20,201 nt of DNA from Candidatus Sulfobium sp. (lineage in GTDB: Bacteria; Nitrospirota; Thermodesulfovibrionia; Thermodesulfovibrionales; UBA6898): the NCBI GenBank assembly GCA_037380845.1, contig JARRRI010000058.1, positions 29,274 through 49,474 of the forward strand. Direction: 5' to 3'. The notes below the pieces were generated by a model. The model worked only from the letters and a program-made list of their open reading frames with translations, ran no database searches and had not been told where the DNA came from. The position numbers and the translations under genes were made by a program. Below, in pieces: positions 14,684 through 20,201 of the stretch (position 1 is its first letter; each line of letters begins with the position of its first letter).

Positions 14684-15721
14684 ATGTCACTGAAACAGAT
14701 CATAGGCCAGGACAGGGCAATCGCCATGCTTACCGGAAGCATTGTAAAACAGAGACTCGCCGGCTCCTACCTTTTCTGCGGCGAGTCCGGCGTAGGCAAG
14801 AAGACCACCGCACTGAACTTCGCGAAGGCACTTAACTGCCTGAATACTGCAGCGCCGTCAACAGACGGTCACTATTCAGGCAGCCGGGAGTCGGAGAAGT
14901 TGGCCTCGGACCTCGAACCTCGAACCTCGAACCTGTCTCCTGCGGATTCCTGCGACGAATGCGACTCATGTCTGAAGATGGATGCGGGTGTCCATCCCGA
15001 CCTTCTCGTCGTTTCACCCGAAGAAAGGCTGATAAGAATAGAAGAGATACGTCTGATAGACGAAGCCCTGTCGCTTAAACCCCACGAGGGCAGAAAGAAA
15101 GCGGTAATTGTCGACGATGCGGAAACGATGAACATATCGGCGGCAAACGCCTTTCTCAAGACTCTGGAAGAGCCGCCCGGAGAAAGCCTGATCATTCTCG
15201 TTTCATCACGCCCGGAACTCCTCCCTGCCACAATCCGGTCACGGTGTGCCCGGATCAATTTCTCCCCCCTATCGCTGGAATCCTGCGTCCGGGTACTGGA
15301 GGGGAAGATCCAGGGAGATGATCGGTCACTCAGTGCGAGACTTTCGATGGGCAGACCTGGAATCGCGCTCTCTGCGGGGCTTCTGGAGGAGAGGACGTGG
15401 TTCCTCGACCTTCTCCGGAGCATGATGGACGGCGAAAAGGATGCCTGGGCCTCCCGTGACGATATGGAACGGTGGTTTGGACAGATGCTGACCCTGCTCC
15501 GGGACATGGCGGTGTCCAGGGTGACAGCGGAGCCTTCGCTCCTGCTGAATGTCGACCTCCGGGATTATTTGTCGAAGTTAAGCAGAGATGTCGACCTAAA
15601 AGTTATAATACAGGTGTATAATGAGTTGAACCGCGTCAGGAATCAGCTTATGTTCAACCTGAACAAGTCAGTGACGTGGAATTTCACCTCTTCACTACTG
15701 AGAAAGGAATTTGCTCGTTGA
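14684..15721 (+). CDS. holB: DNA polymerase III delta' subunit
   Basis: IIGQ, YLFCGESGVGKKTTA, ALNC...CDECDSC..HPD, AANAFLKTLEEPP, TIRSRC; downstream of tmk. Confidence 0.93.
   Translation: MSLKQIIGQDRAIAMLTGSIVKQRLAGSYLFCGESGVGKKTTALNFAKALNCLNTAAPSTDGHYSGSRESEKLASDLEPRTSNLSPADSCDECDSCLKMDAGVHPDLLVVSPEERLIRIEEIRLIDEALSLKPHEGRKKAVIVDDAETMNISAANAFLKTLEEPPGESLIILVSSRPELLPATIRSRCARINFSPLSLESCVRVLEGKIQGDDRSLSARLSMGRPGIALSAGLLEERTWFLDLLRSMMDGEKDAWASRDDMERWFGQMLTLLRDMAVSRVTAEPSLLLNVDLRDYLSKLSRDVDLKVIIQVYNELNRVRNQLMFNLNKSVTWNFTSSLLRKEFAR
14883..14934 (+). repeat. In-frame heptamer block inside the HolB zinc module
   Basis: GCCGGGA GTCGGAG ... CCTCGGA CCTCGAA CCTCGAA CCTCGAA CCT. Confidence 0.75.
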
Positions 15722-15722
15722 A

Positions 15723-16577
15723 ATGCCGGGAGTGGTCGGAATACGTTTCAAGAACTGCGGTAAGATATATGATTTCGAGTCCAACGGATTTGATGTCCGT
15801 CCGGGCGACCGGGTGGTGGTCGAATCGGAGTACGGACTCAGCATAGGCACCGTAGTGGTCGGTCCCCGGGAGACCGAACCTGCTGCGCGGGAACTGAAAA
15901 GGGTCCTCCGTGTCGCAGGAGAACATGATTTCCAGCAGAAAAAGGAGAACGAGAAGTTTGAGACCGAGGCCAGAAACTTCTGTCTCGAGCGGATAATGGC
16001 GCGTGGTCTGCCCATGAAGCTGGTCTGTTCTGAAGTCACCCTGGACAGAAAAAGGATAATATTTTATTTTACTGCAGACGGCAGAATAGACTTCAGAGAA
16101 CTGGTCAAGGACCTCGCGGCGAAATTCAAGACGAGGATCGAGATGCGACAGATCGGGGTCCGCGACAAGGCAAAGCTGGTCGGCGGTCTCGGCCTCTGCG
16201 GCAAGGAGCTCTGCTGCAGGGTTTTCCTCACCTCATTCGAGCCGATTTCCATAAAGATGGCTAAACAGCAGGACCTCACGCTCAATACCGGCAAGCTCTC
16301 GGGCATCTGCGGCAGACTGATGTGCTGCCTGGGTTATGAATATTCCGAGGCGGCCGGAAACCAGCGCTCCATGGAAAAAGGCGCGGCCGGGGAAGAAAAA
16401 GCCGCAGAGGCGGCAGCCGAAGACAGCGGTGTCCGCCCGGAGGATGTTTGCTGTCCTGAAGAGGCGCCGGTGGTTCAGGCTGCTGCTCCTCAGGAGGTCG
16501 AAAAGAAACCGGAAGGCCGTAAGAAGAACAGAAAAAGAAGAAGGAGGTACAGGAAGAAAGCGCATAAAAATGAATAG
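15723..16577 (+). CDS. ricT: PSP1-domain protein RicT/YaaT (start ATG 15723 or TTG 15711)
   Basis: VVGIRFK..GKIYDF, FYFTADGRIDFRELVKDLA..FKTRIEMRQIGVRD, GLCGKELCC, KLSGICGRLMCCL.YE; basic tail. Confidence 0.92.
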   Translation: MPGVVGIRFKNCGKIYDFESNGFDVRPGDRVVVESEYGLSIGTVVVGPRETEPAARELKRVLRVAGEHDFQQKKENEKFETEARNFCLERIMARGLPMKLVCSEVTLDRKRIIFYFTADGRIDFRELVKDLAAKFKTRIEMRQIGVRDKAKLVGGLGLCGKELCCRVFLTSFEPISIKMAKQQDLTLNTGKLSGICGRLMCCLGYEYSEAAGNQRSMEKGAAGEEKAAEAAAEDSGVRPEDVCCPEEAPVVQAAAPQEVEKKPEGRKKNRKRRRRYRKKAHKNE

Positions 16578-18591
16578 AAAATTTTACGTCACCACTCCCA
16601 TATATTACGTTAACGACATCCCCCATATCGGGCATGCATATACCACCATAGCCGCCGACATACTCGCAAGGCACAACAGGCTGCTGGGCCGGGATGTGTT
16701 CTTCCTCACCGGGACTGATGAACACGGCCAGAAGGTCGAAAAAGCGGCAAAAGAAAAAGGCCGGTCACCAAAGGAGCACGCTGACCTTATGGTGGAGAAC
16801 TTCAAAGACCTCTGGTCCGGACTGAATATATCGAATGATGCTTTTATTCGTACCACCGACGTCGCCCATGTCAAGACCGTCCAGGGTCTCCTTCAAATGC
16901 TGTGGGACAAGGGAGAGATCGAGAGAAGGGAGTATGAGGGCTGGTACTGCACCCCCGACGAACGTTTCTGGACCGGGAAAGACCTCGTGGAAGGCAATTG
17001 CCCCGACTGCGGCCGTCCCGTCGAACAGATACGGGAAGAAAATTATTTCTTCCTGATGTCGAAGTATCAGGATAAATTGATCGATTATGTTGAAAAGGAC
17101 GATCATTATATCCTCCCTGAGACTCGCAGGAACGAAGTGCTTGGATTTCTGAAAAACAATGCCCTCGGCGATCTCTGCATCTCTAGGCCGAAACACAGGC
17201 TGTCGTGGGGAATACCTCTTCCGTTCGATGAAAACTTTGTAACCTATGTCTGGTTCGATGCCCTGGTAAATTATTTTTCAGCGACACGATATCTGGCGCC
17301 CGACGCCCGGAACGCGGGCGCAGGAGACTTCTGGTGGCCTGCTGACCATCACCTCGTTGGAAAGGATATCCTCACCACGCATGCAGTTTACTGGTCGACG
17401 ATGCTGATGGCACTTGATTTGCCTTTGCCCGGAAACATCTTTGCTCACGGCTGGTGGACGATCGGGGGCAGGAAGATGTCAAAGTCTCTCGGCAACGTCG
17501 TTGATCCCAGTGCAGTTATAGCCCGTTACGGCGCCGATGCCTTCAGGTACTTTCTTTTCAGGGAAGTCCCCTTCGGCCTGGACGGAGATTATTCGGAAGA
17601 GGCCCTGGTGAACAGGATAAACACCGACCTTGCCAACGACCTGGGCAACCTCCTGAGCAGGTTTATTACGATGGCCGACAAGTACCTGGGAGGGGCGATC
17701 GAAAGGCCTGCTTCCTATGGTTTCCGCCTGAACGAAAAAGAAACGGAAGACGAGGTGGAAGGCGGGAAAGTACGTCCCATCAGCGTGAATGATTTCAGGA
17801 CGGAATGCGTCCATAACAACATATGGTCGCGGGCAGGGGAATACTGGGGGAAGTTGCTCTTTACCAGGATACTCGACAATATATGGGCGATTATCGGTGC
17901 CGCCAACAACCATATCGCAGAAACGGAGCCCTGGAAGCTTGCAAAGAGCGACCCGGGACGGCTCAAGGTCGTCATGTTCGATATCTGGAACTCCCTTAGG
18001 CTCGTTGCGCTGGCACTCTATCCTTTCATGCCTGCGACTTCCGAGAAGATGTGGACGCAGCTGGGACTGAACTCGTTGACGACTGAAACCGCTGAGAGTG
18101 AGCGCAGGGAATCCCGCAGGCATGCCGGGATTTTCTACTGGGACTGGACCCCCGGTTATCCGGTGAAGGTCTCCAGAGGCGATCAGCTCTTCCCGCGGAT
18201 AGAGAAGAAGAGGGAAGAAAAGACCGGGCCGGGAAAGAAGGCGAGTGTTCAACCGGCTACGGAACAGAATGTGATCTCCATTCAGGACTTCATGAAAGTC
18301 CGGCTTAAGATCGGCAGGGTAATCAGCGCCGAACGGGTGAAGAAGTCTGGAAAACTGATAAAGATACAGGTGGACACAGGGGAACCGAGACAGATTGTTG
18401 CGGGCATCGGCAAGACATACACTCCGGAAGAGCTCATCGGGAAGAAGATAGTAGTTGTTGCAAACCTTCAACCTGCAAAACTCATGGGCGTTGAATCCAA
18501 CGGCATGCTCCTCGCCGCCACCTCATCTGATGGAATACCGGTCATACTCGTTCCGGAGAAAGACGTCGAAGAAGGTTCGAAGATCAAATAG
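16570..18591 (+). CDS. metG: Methionyl-tRNA synthetase with C-terminal tRNA-binding domain
   Basis: Likely start MNRKFYVTTPIYYVND at 16570, overlapping the ricT stop; HIGH, KMSKS, YVWFDAL, GKDI; C-terminal OB fold (VANLQPAKLMGVESNGMLLAA). Confidence 0.97.
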   Translation: MNRKFYVTTPIYYVNDIPHIGHAYTTIAADILARHNRLLGRDVFFLTGTDEHGQKVEKAAKEKGRSPKEHADLMVENFKDLWSGLNISNDAFIRTTDVAHVKTVQGLLQMLWDKGEIERREYEGWYCTPDERFWTGKDLVEGNCPDCGRPVEQIREENYFFLMSKYQDKLIDYVEKDDHYILPETRRNEVLGFLKNNALGDLCISRPKHRLSWGIPLPFDENFVTYVWFDALVNYFSATRYLAPDARNAGAGDFWWPADHHLVGKDILTTHAVYWSTMLMALDLPLPGNIFAHGWWTIGGRKMSKSLGNVVDPSAVIARYGADAFRYFLFREVPFGLDGDYSEEALVNRINTDLANDLGNLLSRFITMADKYLGGAIERPASYGFRLNEKETEDEVEGGKVRPISVNDFRTECVHNNIWSRAGEYWGKLLFTRILDNIWAIIGAANNHIAETEPWKLAKSDPGRLKVVMFDIWNSLRLVALALYPFMPATSEKMWTQLGLNSLTTETAESERRESRRHAGIFYWDWTPGYPVKVSRGDQLFPRIEKKREEKTGPGKKASVQPATEQNVISIQDFMKVRLKIGRVISAERVKKSGKLIKIQVDTGEPRQIVAGIGKTYTPEELIGKKIVVVANLQPAKLMGVESNGMLLAATSSDGIPVILVPEKDVEEGSKIK

Positions 18592-18622
18592 AGTCTGTAT
18601 ACAAGTTATTGTTTAAGGCAGC

Positions 18623-18697
18623 TGTCATCCCGCGACTGATCGGGGAATCCGCTTATTTCAAAGTTTCCGGACTGTACGGTCAGGCCGGTCAATGACA
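18623..18697. repeat. RPE-like palindromic element with TGTCAT...ATGACA termini
   Basis: TGTCATCCCGCGACTGATCGGGGAATCCG ... CCGGACTGTACGGTCAGGCCGGTCAATGACA. Confidence 0.65.
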
Positions 18698-18740
18698 ACA
18701 TATGCATTTATTCACGGGCTTGAGCAGGGCATGTTCTGAC

Positions 18741-19379
18741 ATGAATATCATCGACATGATGGAAAGACACCAGCTGACCGTGGCTGTCCGCACGGATACC
18801 CCGGAGCAGGCATACGGAGCGGCCGCTGCCTGCGTAAGAGGGGGAATCAAAATGATTGAGATCACCTTCAGCGTGCCCGGGGCAACCGAGGTGATAAAGA
18901 AGATCTGCGGAGAGGGAGTCGCAGTGGGCGCGGGCACTGTTCTTACCGTCGATGATGCAAAAAAGGCCGTCAGAGCAGGCGCTTCTTATATCGTAAGCCC
19001 GAACCTTGACGAAGATATAGTCAGGTTCACCAAACAGGAAGGGGTCGTGTCCATCCCAGGTGCATGCACCCCCACGGAGATATACCGGGCCCACAGGGCC
19101 GGGGCTGATGTCATAAAGCTCTTTCCGTTCGCGGAAATAGGAGGACTTGATTTTCTGAGGGCTATAAGGGGACCTTTTCCATTCATAAAGTATATGCTTT
19201 GCGGGGGGGCGACCATGGAAAACATTGCCGCCTATGTTGCCGCAAAGGCAGCAGGAATATTGGTAGGATCCGCCATTATCAGGCGCGAGCTCGTGACAAA
19301 AGAAGACTGGCCGGCCATTACCGGACTTGCCCGCGCCTTGGTAGAGAAAGTCGAAGCGGAGCTTTCCGTCCCCAGGTAG
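18741..19379 (+). CDS. eda: KDPG/KHG aldolase family protein
   Basis: AVRT, GGIKMIEITF, VGAGTVL, GASYIVSP, PGACTPTEI, VIKLFP (Schiff-base Lys), IRGPFP; probable start ATG 18741 (track gives 18702). Confidence 0.85.
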   Translation: MNIIDMMERHQLTVAVRTDTPEQAYGAAAACVRGGIKMIEITFSVPGATEVIKKICGEGVAVGAGTVLTVDDAKKAVRAGASYIVSPNLDEDIVRFTKQEGVVSIPGACTPTEIYRAHRAGADVIKLFPFAEIGGLDFLRAIRGPFPFIKYMLCGGATMENIAAYVAAKAAGILVGSAIIRRELVTKEDWPAITGLARALVEKVEAELSVPR

Positions 19380-19467
19380 GGCTTCACAGAAGCGGGTCGA
19401 CTCGGATATAATATCATCTCCCTTTCCATATTTACATGCGGAAGGAAAACTTTGGAGGTAAAAGCAG

Positions 19468-20201
19468 ATGTTTCGTCCCAAGATAAAGGTCCTGGATTGT
19501 ACCGTACGTGACGGAGGTCTCATCAACAAATGGCAGTTCAGCGACGACTTCGTAAAAAAGGTCTTCCTCGCCCTGTCGAGGGCTGGTCTTGATTATATGG
19601 AGATCGGATACAAGTCGTCAGAGAAATATTTTTCCCGGCAGGAAAACGGCGCATGGAAATTCTGTGCCGAGGAAGATCTCAGGAGAATAGTCGGTGACGG
19701 TGATTCCGGCCTGAAGCTTTCCGCGATGGCGGACGTGGGACGCATCGACTACGATGATATTCCCCCCCAAAAGGACAGCGTGCTGGACATGATCAGGGTG
19801 GCGTGCTACGTAAAGGAGGTAGACAAGGGAATAAGCCTCGCACACGATTGCATAGATAAGGGCTACGAAACGACCATCAATCTCATGGCCGTCTCGAAGG
19901 TCCTGGAAAGGGATCTCGATGAGGCTTTGAACGACCTGTCGAAGAGCAGAGTGCCCACTGTATACATCGTGGACAGCTTCGGCGCCATGTATTCGGAACA
20001 GATCCATTCCCTCGCCGAAAAATATCTCGAAGCACTGCCGGGAAAGGAACTCGGCATACACGCCCATAACAACCAGCAGCTGGCATTTGCCAATACCATA
20101 GAGGCCATAATAGCCGGAGTCAACCGGATTGACGCGACTCTCTACGGCATGGGAAGGGGAGCGGGAAACTGTCCGCTCGAATTGCTCCTTGCCTTCCTGA
20201 A
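19468..20201 (+). CDS. DRE-TIM metallolyase, 4-hydroxy-2-oxovalerate aldolase-like; 3' end outside window
   Basis: Not in the ORF track. SD GGAGGT then MFRPKIKVLDCTVRDGG...YMEIGY...MIRVA...YIVDSFG...GIHAHNNQQLAFANT...DATLYGMGRGAGNCPLE. Confidence 0.88.
   Translation, partial: MFRPKIKVLDCTVRDGGLINKWQFSDDFVKKVFLALSRAGLDYMEIGYKSSEKYFSRQENGAWKFCAEEDLRRIVGDGDSGLKLSAMADVGRIDYDDIPPQKDSVLDMIRVACYVKEVDKGISLAHDCIDKGYETTINLMAVSKVLERDLDEALNDLSKSRVPTVYIVDSFGAMYSEQIHSLAEKYLEALPGKELGIHAHNNQQLAFANTIEAIIAGVNRIDATLYGMGRGAGNCPLELLLAFL

Noticed and set aside
16336..16569. 78-aa N-terminal extension of MetG in the ORF track
   Set aside because: Overlaps the ricT coding region; MetG homology begins at ATG 16570.
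120..20123. Numerous alternative ORFs in the track (e.g. 120-422, 4797-5339, 11737-12591, 13529-14506, 17479-18471, 18708-19529, 19618-20067)
   Set aside because: Antisense or off-frame shadows of well-supported genes, with no motifs of their own.

Overview
Bacterial chromosomal window, probably from an anaerobe of the Nitrospirota/Desulfobacterota type (inferred from gene content only). Left arm (minus strand): a sigma54-driven type IVa major pilin, followed by a DUF2723/TMEM260-like GT-C glycosyltransferase, a Wzx-type flippase and a low-GC PLP-dependent decarboxylase (truncated, missing from the ORF track). Together these look like a pilin glycosylation locus. Centre: a 1470-aa double-activase/dehydratase fusion with PlsA-PlsR/Ger (ether-lipid) architecture, a 32-aa bS22-like ribosomal protein gene missed by the ORF track, and a convergent TMTC-like GT-C/TPR gene. 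Right arm: a housekeeping run of MesB-like core methionine synthase, tmk, holB, ricT and metG, then a KDPG/KHG aldolase and a truncated DRE-TIM aldolase. Degenerate 7-bp-period repeat blocks are inserted in frame at domain boundaries of two genes. Two RPE/dRS3-like palindromic elements and several apparently leaderless promoters are also present. All family assignments come from motif recognition by eye; no searches were run.
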